Source of the DNA: Balanoglossus misakiensis | Lineage: Eukaryota; Animalia; Hemichordata | DNA: 64,000 nucleotides | Reading direction: 5' to 3' | Assembly (NCBI GenBank): GCA_040954595.2 | Contig: CM082579.2 | Span: forward strand, 12,835,834 to 12,899,833 | Position numbers and translations under genes: made by a program | Notes under the pieces: generated by a model | Seen by the model: the letters and a program-made list of their open reading frames with translations, nothing else | Told to the model about the DNA's origin: nothing | The model's database searches: none | In this document: piece after piece, positions 49,389 through 62,303 of the stretch | Layout: the number at the start of each line of letters is the position of its first letter | Position numbering within the stretch: position 1 is the first letter of the stretch

Positions 49389-52300
49389 GTTTAGGGGGTT
49401 TAAAGAATTATATAAACAATTTATCAATTTAATAAGCACGGATGGATTTTCTGTACAATCATTGCTGTTTCTTGAGCGCTAAAGACATCATTTTTCAAGG
49501 TGAGTGTATCATGAAGATAGGCCTAAATCTAAAAATGCAGACATTCCAACGCTTTCGGTTGGAGATTTTCCACATATTCACAAAAAAACACGGTATAGTT
49601 AACACTATTTAAAACCTTGTTACCCGGTGAGTCGAGTAGCGTGTGTACGACAGATCTGAGGTACAAAACTTCGCTCGAAACCCAACGCGAGTTGGAACCG
49701 AGTTTATTTACGTACAACATTGTAGCAATTTTTCGTATGTTTGCGCGCGCTCTGAAATCACGCGATGTCAACTGAGTGTGAACGAGCTGTTTCGCGTCGT
49801 GTCGTCTGCCCAGTTTTCGTGGCTAAAACGACAGGAATAATACCCCAGTTGGCTTAAGAATTGCACATATCATGAGATTTGAGCGCCATAGAAACCGCAG
49901 ATATCGTGGAACAGGAAGGTTAGTGTTTAAATCATTGATTTTAATCGAAGAATTGACCTCTGAGTTATGCTACGTTTGTGTCGGTGTCAAACGGACGCAA
50001 TGTTTACACGGCAGCAAAATAAAATCGGAGAAATGAAGAAATGTTATAAACGATACTTTGGATTTCGTGTTATTATTTCTCGGGAATTTTATTGTTTTCT
50101 CAGACGAGGTGACAGGACAGACACACGAGGCATCTCGCGGTTTCGTTTTCAATTTTATGTTTTGACTGCATTTGCGTGTCAGCTGACAGGTCTTCGCATT
50201 CATCAGAAGGTATCGTGCGTCACTGAGATTTGATTCTTCCTAAACGAAAATTATTTCATAACCATACCAAATAAAACATTTCCAGAAATTTAGAAGTTTG
50301 CAGACTTTTCTGCTAGTTGTCTATTTAGTGTTGAAGTCACGCTGAACTGCCGTCAACACTCAAAAAGTGTGTACTTCTACGAGTGTGTCCTGTAACTGCC
50401 TTCCTTCGATAACCATACAACAACAGATAGACGGTAAACGTTTATGCAATACCAATGGATTTATGTTTTAAAACTGGTCGACAGTCAGGAAATATGCGTG
50501 AACAATCGATTGATTGGATTCCCCAGCGATACTATTGTATCTTGTGATTTTTTGGAGTGAACCTGTGGAAATCGGCAGGCTGCATTGCCAGTTGTTCTGC
50601 ACATGTGCAGTTCCTCTGTCTTGAAAGAAAAGTCAAATTTCACCAACTTATAAATGTGCATTCGGAAAATAAACCACAAATGTTTCCTTTGTGACCAAAA
50701 ATACTGCCAGTGCGATTTTGTGTTCAAATCCAACCTATTATTATTTAAAGTGACTTGTGATACCCTTTCTTAGCACAAAAAGCATAATTTCAGCCCAAAA
50801 ATGGTTGCCATAGAAACATGTGATCACTAAACGGATATCATTTTTGTTCTTTTCGAGCCAAGATACCCCTATGGTGAATTTTTTGTGGAAATCGGACCTA
50901 TTATTATTAAAATTATTATTTTTATATAATTCTTTATTTAATTACCAGTTAAGGGGTTTAAAGAATTATATAAACAATTCATCAATTTAATGTACAATCA
51001 TTCCGGATTCTTCAGATTCATAATTTAGCGCTAAAGACCTCATTTTTCAAAGTGGCCTATATCTAAAATTGCAGACGTTTCAACGTTTTCGGTTAGAGAT
51101 TTTCTACATATTCACAAAAAGACCACGGGTATTGTTAACACTATTTAAAATCTCTTTACCCGGTGAGTCTGGTGGCGTGTGTACTACGGATCGAAGGTAC
51201 AAAACTTCGCTCGAAACCCAACGCGAGTTGGAGACCGATTTTATTTACGCACAACATTGTAGCAATTTTTCGTATGTTTGCGCGCGCTCTGAAATCACAC
51301 GATGTCAACTGAGTGTGAACTAGTTGTTTCGCGTCGTGTCGTCTGCCCAGTTTTCGTGGCTAAAACGACAGGAATAATACCCCAGTTGGCTTTATAATTG
51401 CACATATCGTGAGATTTGAGCGCCATAGAAACCGCAGATATCGTGGAACAGGAAGGTTAGTGTTAAAATCATTGTTTTTAATCGAAGTATTAATTTGACC
51501 TCTGAGTTTTGCTACGTTTGTGTCGGTGTCAAACGGCCGCAATGTTTACACGGCAGCCAAATACAATCGGGGAAATGAAGAAATGTTATCACGATACTTC
51601 GGATTTCGTGTTATTATTTCTTGGGAATTTTATCGTTTTCTCAGACGAGGTGACAGGACAGACACACGAGGCATCTCGCGGTTCCGTTTTCAATGTTGAA
51701 TTTTATGTTTTGAGTGCATTTGCGTGTCAGCTGACAGGTCTTTGCATTCATCAGAAGCTATCGTGCGTCGCTGAGATTTGATTCTTCACAAACGAAAATT
51801 ATGTCATAATCATACCAAATAAAACATTTCCAGAAATTTAGAAGTTTGCGGACTTTTCTGCTAGTTGTCTATTTAGTGTTGAAGTCATGCTGAACTGCCA
51901 AATTTAACGCAGACTCGCCGTCAACACTCGAACAGTGTACTTCTTCTACGAGTGTGTCCTGTAACTGCCTTCCTTCGATAACCATACAACAACAAATAGA
52001 CGGTAAACGTTTATGCAATACCAATGGATTTATGTTTTAAAACTGGTCGACAGTCAGGAAATATGCATAAACAATCGATTTATTGTTTTTCCCAGCCAAA
52101 CTATCGTATCTTGTGATTTTTTTTGTAGTGAAACTGTGGATATCGGCAGGCTGCATTGCAAGTTATTCTGCACATGCGCAGTTCCTCTGTCTTGAAAGAA
52201 AAGTCAAATTTCACCAACTTATTAATGTGCATTCGGAAAAAAAATCCCAAATGTTTTTTTGGTGACCAAAAATACTGCCAGTGTGATTTTGTGTTCAAAT

Positions 52301-52511
52301 CCAACCTATTATTATTTAAATTGACTTGTGATACCCTCTCTCAGCACATAAAGCATAATTTCAGCCCCAAAATGGTTGCCATAGAAACATGTGATCACTA
52401 AACGGATACCATTTTTGTTCTTTTTGAGCCAATATACCCCTATGGTGAAATTTTTGTGGAAATCGGACCTATTATTATTAAAATTATTATTTTTATATAA
52501 TTCTTTATTTA

Positions 52512-52550
<39 letters not shown>

Positions 52551-55500
52551 ATTACCAGTTAAGGGGTTTAAAGAATTATATAAACAATCTATCAATTTAA
52601 TAAGCACGGGTGGATTTCCTGTACAATCATTCGTGATACTTCAGATTCATAAAGACAACATTTTTCAAAGTGGCCTATGTATCTAAAATTGCAGACGACG
52701 TTTCAACGCTTTCGGTTGGAGATTTTCTACCTAATATTCACAAAAAGACCTCGGGTATTGTTAAACACTATTTAAAACCTTGTTACCCAGTGAGTCTGGT
52801 GGCGTGTGTACGACAGATCTGAGGTACAAAACTTCGCTCGAAACCCAACACGAGTTGGAGACCGAGTTTATTTACGTACAACATTGTAGCAATTTTTCGT
52901 ATGTTTGCGCGCGCTCTGAAATCACGCGATGTCAACTGAGTGTGAACGAGCTGTTTCGCGTCGTCGTCTGCCCAGTTTTCGTGGCTAAAACGACAGGAAT
53001 AATACCCCAGTTGGCTTTAGAATTGCACATATCATGAGATTTGAGCGCCATAGAAACCGCAGATATCGTGGAACAGGAAGGTTAGTGTTAAAATTATTGT
53101 TTTTAATCAAAGTATTGACCTCTGAGTTATGCTACGTTTGTGTCGGTGTCAAACGGACGCAATGTTTACAATGTACAAGGCAGCCAAATAGAATCAGAGA
53201 AATGAAGAAATGTTATCACGATACTTTGGATTTCGTGTTATTATTTCTCGGGAATTTTATTGTTTTCTCAGACGAGGTGACAGGACAGACACACGAGGCA
53301 TCTCGCGGTTCCGTTTTCAATGTTGAATTTTATGTTTTGGCTGTATTTGCGTGTCAGCTGACAGGTCTTCGCATTCATCAGAAGCTATCGTGCGTCGCTG
53401 AGATTTGATTCTTCATAGACGAAAATTATTTCATAACCATACCAAATAAAACATTTCCAGAAATTTAGAAGTTTGCAGACTTTTCTGCTAGTTGTCTATT
53501 TAGTGTTGAAGTCACGCTGAACTGCCAAATTTAACACAGACTCGCTGTCAATACTCAAACAGTGTACTTCTACGAGTGTGTCCTGTAACTGCCTTCCTTC
53601 AATAACCCATGTCATACAACAACAAATAGACGGTAAACGTTTATGCAATACCAATAAATTTATGTTTTAAAACTGGTCGACAGTCTGGAAATGCATGAAC
53701 AATCGATTGATTGGATTCCTTAACGATACTATTGTATCTTGTATTTTTTTGTAGTTACACTGTGTAAATCGGCAGGCAGCATTGCCAGTTTTTCTGCACA
53801 TGCGCAGTTCCTCTGTCTTGAAAGAAAAGTCAAATTTCACCAACTTATTATTGTGCATTCGGAAAATAAACCCCAAATATTTTCTTTGTGAACAAAAATA
53901 CTGCCAGTGTGATTTTGTGTTCAAATCCAACCAATTATTATGTAAATTGACTTGTGATACCCTCTCTTAGCACAAAAAGCATAATTTCAGCCCCAAAATG
54001 GTTGCCATAGAAACATGTTATCACTAAACGGATATCATTTTTGTTCGTTTTGAGCAAAGATACCCCTATGGTGAAATTTTTGTGGAAATCGGTCCTATTA
54101 TTATTAAAATTATTATTTTTATATAATTCTTTATTTAATTATTATTATTATTATTACCAGTTAAGGGGTTTAAAGAATTATATAAACAATCTATCAATTT
54201 AATAAGCACGGGTGGATTTCCTGTACAATCATTCGTGATACTTCAGATTCATAAAGACAACATTTTTCAAAGTGGCCTATGTATCTAAAATTGCAGACGT
54301 CGTTTCAACGCTTTCGGTTGGAGATTTTCTACCTAATATTCACAAAAAGACCTCGGGTATTGTTAAACACTATTTAAAACCTTGTTACCCAGTGAGTCTG
54401 GTGGCGTGTGTACGACAGATCTGAGGTACAAAACTTCGCTCGAAACCCAACACGAGTTGGAGACCGAGTTTATTTACGTACAACATTGTAGCAATTTTTC
54501 GTATGTTTGCGCGCGCTCTGGAATCATGCCATGTCAACTGAGTGTGAACGAGCTGTTTCGCGTCGTGCCGTCTGCCCAGTTTTCGTGGCTAAAACGACAG
54601 GAATAATACCCCAGTTGGCTTTAGAATTGCACATATCATGAGATTTGAGCGCCATAGAAACCGCAGATATCGTGGAACAGGAAGGTTAGTGTTAAAATTA
54701 TTGTCCTCTGAGTTATGCTACGTTTGTGTCGGTGTCAAACGGACGCAATGTTTACAATACAAGGCAGCCAAATAGAATCAGAGAAATGAAGAAATGTTAT
54801 CACGATATTTTGGATTTCGTGTTATTATTTCTCGGGAATTTAATTGTTTTCTCAGACGAGGTGACAGGACAGACACACGAGGCATCTCGCGGTTCCGTTT
54901 TCAATGTTGAATTTTATGTTTTGGCTGTATTTGCGTGTCAGCTGACAGGTCTTCGCATTCATCAGAAGCTATCGTGCGTCGCTGAGATTTGATTCTTCAT
55001 AGACGAAAATTATTTCATAACCATACCAAATAAAACATTTCCAGAAATTTAGAAGTTTGCAGACTTTTCTGCTAGTTGTCTATTTAGTGTTGAAGTCACG
55101 CTGAACTGCCAAATTTAACACAGACTCGCTGTCAATACTCAAACAGTGTACTTCTACGAGTGTGTCCTGTAACTGCCTTCCTTCCATAACCCATGTCATA
55201 CAACAACAAATAGACGGTAAACGTTTATGCAATACCAATGAATTTATGTTTTAAAACTGGTCGACAGTCTGGAAATGCATGAAAAATCGATTGATTGGTT
55301 TCCTTAACGATACTATTGTGTCTTGTATTTTTTTGTAGTTACACTGTGGAAATCGGCAGGCTGCATTGCCAGTTTTTCTGCACATGCGCAGTTCCTCTGT
55401 CTTGAAAGAAAAGTCAAATTTCACCAACTTATTATTGTGCATTCGGAAAATAAACCCCAAATGTTTTCTTTGTGAACAAAAATACTGCCAGTGTGATTTT

Positions 55501-56173
55501 GTGTTCAAATCCAACCAATTATTATGTAAATTGACTTTTGATACCCTCTCTTAGCACAAAAAGCATAATTTCAGCCCTAAAATGGTTGCCATAGAAACAT
55601 GTGATCACTAAACGGATATCATTTTTGTTCTTATTGAGCCAAGATACCCCTATGGTGAAATTTTTGTGGAAATCGGACCTATTATTATTAAAATTATTAT
55701 TTTCATATTGAACACCTATTGTCTGGCCATGAGGGCCATAGCGGCCGTTTATTACACCCGAGGGACTGTGAGTTACCAGAATCATATGCTATTTCCCGAG
55801 GCCGCAGGCCGAGGGAAATAGCATATGATTCTGGTAACTCACAGTCACGAGGGGGTAAAAACGGCTGCTATGGCCCGAATATAGGCCAGGCTATAGGTGT
55901 TTTATAATAAACCTCATGCTAACAGCTGGGAAAATCTTGCAATTTTCTCTTGAGGTTGGCAGACGACATCTTCCGCGGTGGCCATTGTGTCAGACGACGC
56001 GACGCTGATTGACGTGACCGAGTCTGCGCACTCACGCTGGTCACGTGACCGGTTTATATTTTTTCTGCTATTTCCCTGGCGGTTCATAGTCGATTCTATT
56101 TTCCTATCACGTGACGGATTCTGGCGAATCACGGCACGGTATTAGCATGAGGTATATTATAAAATTCTTTATT
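49386..56173. repeat. Head-to-tail array of four ~1.6-kb units with asymmetric subterminal inverted repeats
   Basis: Units start CCAGTT(T)A(A)GGGG(G)TTTAAAGAATTATATAAAC at 49386, 50945, 52555 and 54157. They end TTTATATAATTCTTTATTTAA followed by variable (TTA)n. Confidence 0.92.
55705..56160. mobile_element. Double-palindrome non-autonomous element (Crypton-like) inserted in the end of array unit 4
   Basis: A ~190-bp fold-back at 55711-55901 is centred on CCCGAGGCCGCAGGCCGAGGG. A second inverted pair ACCTCATGCTAA ... TTAGCATGAGGT follows. Confidence 0.7.
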
Positions 56174-57351
56174 AGGGCACAAGCCAAGCAGGCTTGTGCC
56201 CTATTGGTATTACTGGGGTTTTTCATCTTTTTTTTTTTTTTTTTTTTTTTTTTCTTGTGTAGTTTTTTTGCTCAGGTAGATCTTGAAAACGGCTGAACCT
56301 ACAAATCTCAAACTTGGCACAATGGTGCAGGTCTATGAGAGCTCGTGCAGTACCCTCGTGAATGTGTAATTAGTCACATGACCTGATGACCATATATGGG
56401 CAAAGTTTTCAAATGGGCCTAATTTGCATATGAATGACGATATCAAAATTCTGTGCAATCATTTTGCGGACCATATGGTCAGTGTCCTACATGCTAAATT
56501 TCAAGGCTCTGGGCCAAGTCAATTTTGAGAAGAAGATTTTTAAATATTATATTTCATATTTTTTGGACCCAGCCATAGGCCTATACTTTCTATAGTTAAG
56601 CTATGATGCTATGTCCACATCTGTGCAATGGTCCTGTACTGTGACTCTCTATTGGCCCGTGAGCAAAATGGGACCAAAATAAAAGGCAAAATTTTGGGCT
56701 CACCTGTAACACCTGCTTAACTCATTAATTATGTGCATACCTAATTCTGGGCTAACTAATAGGGCTAGAGGTTTTGTGCTTGTGGGACATGGACCAGTAT
56801 AGGGTAAAAAAAATTGCCCAAATTTTGGGTGACCTCAGGTGACCTTTGACCTACTTTCCTATATCTCGGCATCCAGAGCAGGTACAGACTTGGCGTTTGG
56901 AGGGTTGGGACTAAAATTTAAAAGCCAAAATTGAGGGTCACCTGTGACACCTGCTTATCTCATTAATTATGTGCATACCTAATTCCAGGCCAACCAATAG
57001 GACTAGAGGTTTGATTTTTGCTGAACATGAACCAGTATGGGGTCAAAATTTCTTGCCCAAATTTTGGGTGACCTCAGGTGACCTTTGACCTACTTTACCA
57101 TATCTCGGCGTGCACAGCAGCTACAGCCTTGGCATTTGGAGGGATGGAACTCCTGATGGAGCCTTACACTTTACCTCATTAATTATGCACATACATAATT
57201 GTAGGCGAACCAATAGGGCTAGAGATTTTGTTCTTGTGGGACACGGACCAGTATGGGGTCAAAATTTCTTGCCCAAATTTTGGGTGACCACTTATGACCT
57301 TTGACCTTCGGCTTAAGCTTGGGCCCGTCATCGCTGCTTGCAGCTATATTT
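56172..57351 (+). mobile_element. HINE/DINE-like element family B
   Basis: Hairpin AGGGCACAAGCC-AAGCA-GGCTTGTGCCCT, poly-T tract and ~240-bp core repeats. 3' end GCTTGGGCCC plus palindrome GCTGCTTGCAGC TATATTT. Confidence 0.75.
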
Positions 57352-58446
57352 TAATTATTATTCCCACTCTTAAAAACAGCCGCTATTCGAAGACCGTTGC
57401 ACCCAATGACTTGAAATTTGGCTCATAGGTAAAACTCAAAGCAAGTAATTTTCTGATCATGTCACTATGGCAACAGGTCACATGACCTGGCAGCCATCTT
57501 GGATTTAAACTTTTAAATTGGTCTCATTTGCATAAAAAATGAAGAATCCAAATTCTGTTCAGAAACTGTGTGGACCATATGGCCAGGGTCCTATATGCCA
57601 AATTTCAATGTCTAAGTCCCTGCCGATTTTGTGGAGATGATTTTTAAAGCATTATTATTCATATTTTCCATGACCATTGGACCCAGCCATTGGCCTATAC
57701 TTTCCATGGTTAAGCTATGGCCCCCTAGGATTTTAGATTTATGCCCAATATCTCAACATCCGCTGGGCTGATCAGCTTCAAATTTTGTGTGCAGCTAGCC
57801 TACCTTGCGACAATCAGTTCCAACTGGAAAAAATAATATGAAAAATCGACCAATTTTTTATATTAATTTTTTTATGAAATCTATACCTATACTTATTCCA
57901 CTATACTTAAGCTATGGCCAAATAGTTTTGTAGAATTCTGGTCGGTGCAATAGTCTGCAGCATAGGATTAAAATAAGAAGCCAAATTTAAGGCTCACCTG
58001 TGACACCTGCTCAACTCATTAATTATGTGCATACCTAATTCCAGGCAAACCAATAGGGCTACAGGTCTGGTTTTTGTCGGACATGGACCAGTATAGCGTC
58101 AACATTTTCTGCTCATATTAAGCATGACCTCACGTGACGTTTGACCTACTTTTCCACATCTCAGCATCCACAGCACATAAACCCTTGGCATTTGGAGTGA
58201 TAGAACAACTAATGCAGTAATTAAATATGCACAAATCTATCTCCAGGCGAACCAATAGGGCTAGTAGTGTCTCGAAACCCGCTTATTGCTGTTCACAGAT
58301 ATATTTGGGTTTACATTGCATTGATTTTAGTTATTTTCTGTTTAATGCAAGCTTTAAAGAGACACTTTGCCGTTTTGATCTTTTTTAATATCAAGAATAC
58401 AAGGCATTTAATATTTGTACAGAATAATATTGATGCATTAATTTTT

Positions 58447-59748
58447 TAGGTCCCATTGGTATAGGCCTATATACCATGGGACCTTATGGGATGGGTTACG
58501 TCTGTATGGATGGATGTATGTATGTATGTATGTATGTATGTATGTATGTATGTATGTATGTATGGATGGATGTATGTATGTATGTCTGTATGTCCGTCCA
58601 CATCAAAAACTTGAAAACCGCTGCGCGTATCACCTTGATATTTTGTGTGCAGATGCAGGCAGGGCTGTAGATGGGAGTTTGTACAAACGAAGTTGCCAGG
58701 CCCAAAAATATGCAAATTAGCTTGTAAAATGTGAAATTTATCAAAACTCTGAAAGTCAACAACTACTGGTCAGATTGCTTTAAACATTGGTATGCATGTA
58801 CCTTATGTCAACCTCACATCGACCTGTAAGTTAATATCATGGATGTTTTATTTTTTTATGAATTTTTTAGTCTTTTTATTAAATTTATACCTTTACTTAT
58901 ACCTCTATGGTTAAGCTATGTCCACGTCTTATTGTGGAATTCTGGTCTGTGCAATAGTCCTGTACAGTGACTGTCTATTGGTCAGTGAGCACAATGGGGC
59001 CAAAATAAAAGGCAAATTTTTGGGCTCACCTGTAACACCTGCTTAACACATTAATTATGTGCATACCTAATTCCGGGCTAACTAATAGGGCTAGAGGTTT
59101 CGTTCTTGTGGGACATGGACCAGTATAGGGTCAACATTTCTTGCCCAAATTTTGGGTGACCTCAGGTGACCTTTGACCTACTTTCCTATATCTCGGCATC
59201 CAGAGCAGGTACAGACTTGGCGTTTGGAGGGTTGGGACTAAAATTAAAAAGCCAAAATAAGGGTCACCTGTGACACCTGCATATCTCATTAATTATGTAC
59301 ATACCTAATTCCAGGCTAACCAATAGGGCTATAGGTTTGGTTTTTGTTGAACATGGACCAGTACAGGGTCAAAATTTCTTGCCCAAATTTTGCATGACCT
59401 CAGGTGACCTTTGACCTACTTTACCATATCTTGGCATCCAGAGCGGGTACAGACTGGGTGTTTGGAGGGTTGGCACTAAAATTGAAAAGCCAAAATTGGG
59501 GGTCACCTGTAACACCTACATATCTCATTAATTATGTGCATACCTAATTCCAGGCTAACCAATAAGGCTATAGGTTTGGTTTTTATTGAACATGGATAAG
59601 GTCAAAATTTCTTGCCCAAACTTTGCATGACCTCAGGTGACCTTTGACCTTCTTTTCCATATCTTGGTATCCAGAGCAGATATGCTTATTGCTATGTTGC
59701 TATGTGCTATGTCCTCAAATGGGACCACAGTGTCCTTGACGTTATTTT
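58447..59748 (+). mobile_element. HINE/DINE-like element family C with (ATGT)n and ~239-bp core tandem repeats
   Basis: TTTTTTAGGTCCCAT..ATGGGACCT hairpin, then the microsatellite and ~3 core repeats (CACCTGT[A/G]ACACCT..GACCTTTGACCT). 3' subTIR ATGGGACC lies before a T-rich end. Confidence 0.75.
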
Positions 59749-59906
59749 TTAAATGTTTAGTTTCACTGAGTTACCGTACTTGCCCGGGTAAGAGCCCTGG
59801 GTGCTGCGCCCACAAATTAACGAAAAAAGGGGGGGTGGGGGGGGGGGGGGGGGGGCTTCAGCCCGGACGCAACCTCGACATTTATGCAAATGAGGGCCTT
59901 GGGACA

Positions 59907-60749
59907 CGAGGAAGGGGTGAATAATGATGCAAATAACATGGCAAAACATTTCACGGTCAAACAATGTATTTATTAAATAATAAAAAGTTTTTTTCCCATA
60001 AATGAAATACAGAAAACTAATTACAGTCGCCGCCGTTTAATTTAAAAATTAAACAAGACTTACCTTGGTTAAAGTCGATGTTTAATTGAGATTCTATGAG
60101 TCATAGAATCGAGGGAGGGCCTAAATGAGAGTGTGCTGCGCATGCGTGGGAGTCAGGCTTTAAATATGTTTTTCTTCATTATTTTGCAACTTTTAACAAT
60201 GCATTTAATTATTATCTTCACTATTTATGTTCATTGGAGCATACATGGTCCAATTGTAGTTGGGTGGGTGGGAGGCATTTAATCCCTCCCTCGAGGAAGG
60301 GGTGAATAATGATGCAAATAACATGGCAAAACATTTCACGGTCAAACAATGTATTTATTAAATAATAAAAAGTTTTTTTCCCATAAATGAAATACAGAAA
60401 ACTAATTACAGTCGCCGCCGTTTAATTTAAAAATTAAACAAGACTTACCTTGGTTAAAGTCGATGTTTAATTGAGATTCTATGAGTCATAGAATCGAGGG
60501 AGGGCTTAAATGAGAGTGTGCTGCGCATGCGTGGGAGTCAGGCTTTAAATATGTTTTTCTTCATTATTTTGCAACTTTTAACAATGCATTTAATTATTAT
60601 CTTCACTATTTATGTTCATTGGAGCATACATGGTCCAATTGTAGTTGGGTGGGTGGGAGGCATTTAAGCCCTCCCTCGATTCTATGACTCATAGAATCTC
60701 AATTATACATCGACTTTAACCAAGGTAAGTCTTGTTTAATTTTTAAATT
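59907..60749. repeat. DIRS terminal repeats: 385-bp direct duplication and ~90-bp inverted repeat
   Basis: CGAGGAAGGGGTGAATAAT starts at 59907 and 60292. AATTTAAAAATTAAACAAGACTTACC..GAGGGAGGGCTTAAATG (60424-60512) is inverted at 60661-60749. Confidence 0.85.
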
Positions 60750-61058
60750 CTATTTCGTCATAATCTCGGTCAGTCTTCAATGAGACTTTAAAGTAAATAA
60801 TGACAGAAAAACGTTCCAACTACAACAAACAATAGAACATTTATTTGTAATACTACAACCATGTAAACTTATACATCTTAGTAAACACTAAGCATGTCTC
60901 CATATATAATTTGTATGTAATCTACAGTAACATAACAAAATGTTCAATATAGTGCATTAGCCAAGAATTGAATGCATGTAACTGTATGCCAGATGACTTC
61001 TCTTGAGTCTTTTGATCAATAAACATGTTCAAAATAACTGTTGAAATTTATATTGTAT

Positions 61059-62303
61059 CTATCTGTTTCCCATCAATACTCCACGCTCAAAGTGGTCATC
61101 TCTATCTGTTTTCTTATCATAAAACTTTGCAAATGTGCTCTCACTAGACCATCCTGCTTTTTTCAGAATGTCCGTTACAGGTACACAATTATTTTTTGCT
61201 GTTGACGTTGCTGCTGCTCTCACACTGTGGGAGCCAAATTTACTAACATCAATTCCTGATTTTGACATGACAGTTTTAATCCATCTTGAAATTGTGCTAG
61301 CACTTACTGCTCCGTATGGTTTTGTGTAACTTATCAACAGTGAGTTCCTACCAGAACCACTTCTATTTGGTTTAGTACGATTTAAATATTCCTTTATAAC
61401 AATATAAACACAAAGTCTCCTGTCAGGAGGGTATGCTTTAAACGCAACATGAACAACATTATAACTTGGTATGTTTTGTTTTAAAGAACTCTGTAACTCA
61501 AACACAAACTCTGAACTTGTTTTCTTAATATTACAAAAATACAACAACTGTAGTGTCTGTACACGGGCTGCATTAGTTACAGCCATAAGCATTGTTAGTT
61601 TTAAGGTCAAGTCTTTCAAACTCAGTTCCTTTACAGGTGATAATGACTTCAGGTAATGTAACACCTGATTTACATCCCATATCGCAGTATACATGTACTT
61701 GGGTTTAGGTGGTCTTAGGTTGAAGACTCCTTTCATATATCTGACAACAAGTGGATGGCTTCCAATTGTAAATCCATCACGGTGTATGCCTAGTGATGAC
61801 AAGGCTGCACGCACAGTATTCAAAGTTCCATAACCCACTCCTGTATCATATATTTGGGTTAGAAATTCTATCACTTCTTCCACTTCTGGTGAAATTTGAT
61901 CAACCTGTTTTTCACAACAGTACTGAAACCATTTCTTGATATAGACCTCATATTGTTTTTGAGTTCCTTTTTTCCATGATGACATGAGAATATTGGTAGA
62001 CTGTTCTGAAATTCCGCGTTGTCTGTAATTTGTCCTGACACTTTGCAGACGATCAATTTTAATCGACCCTCCAATGGGTGTTGTACCTGTTCCTTCAGAT
62101 ATGGTAGTCTGAGAAGGTTCTTTACTTTCTGTATGATTATTGGGATGTCTATCAATACTCCCATGAGTTTGGTAAACCACGGTTGAGTTGGCCAAAGTGG
62201 AGCCACAACAATGCCCACTGCTTTGTCTTCTCTGATTTTCTGCACACAGCGTCCCATTAGACTGAAAGGGGGAAAAAGATAAATATTGTTGAATTTTCCC
62301 CAA
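61059..62303 (-). CDS. DIRS tyrosine recombinase (true start probably near MSSWKKGT, ~61986)
   Basis: SAM-like N-domain (SWKKGTQKQYEVYIKKW), catalytic R (AARVQTL), HSVR, AGW and TFAKFY. ORF is open. Confidence 0.92.
   Translation of the reverse strand: MGKIQQYLSFSPFQSNGTLCAENQRRQSSGHCCGSTLANSTVVYQTHGSIDRHPNNHTESKEPSQTTISEGTGTTPIGGSIKIDRLQSVRTNYRQRGISEQSTNILMSSWKKGTQKQYEVYIKKWFQYCCEKQVDQISPEVEEVIEFLTQIYDTGVGYGTLNTVRAALSSLGIHRDGFTIGSHPLVVRYMKGVFNLRPPKPKYMYTAIWDVNQVLHYLKSLSPVKELSLKDLTLKLTMLMAVTNAARVQTLQLLYFCNIKKTSSEFVFELQSSLKQNIPSYNVVHVAFKAYPPDRRLCVYIVIKEYLNRTKPNRSGSGRNSLLISYTKPYGAVSASTISRWIKTVMSKSGIDVSKFGSHSVRAAATSTAKNNCVPVTDILKKAGWSSESTFAKFYDKKTDRDDHFERGVLMGNR

Larger units (their letters stand above)
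49304..58306 (+). mobile_element. HINE family A copy 2, split within its (TTA)n tract by nested insertions
   Basis: 5' hairpin plus GAAATCGTGTTGTTTTTT(ATT)n at 49304-49385. The body resumes at 57352 (ATTATTATTCCCACTCT..., as at 15575) and ends GTCTCGAAACCCGCTTATTGCTGTTCACAGATATATTT. Confidence 0.75.

Noticed and set aside
49529-55554. Recurrent 60-124 aa ORFs in the 1.6-kb units as a gene family
   Set aside because: Starts, stops and frames differ between units, indels are not multiples of three, and no domain is recognisable.
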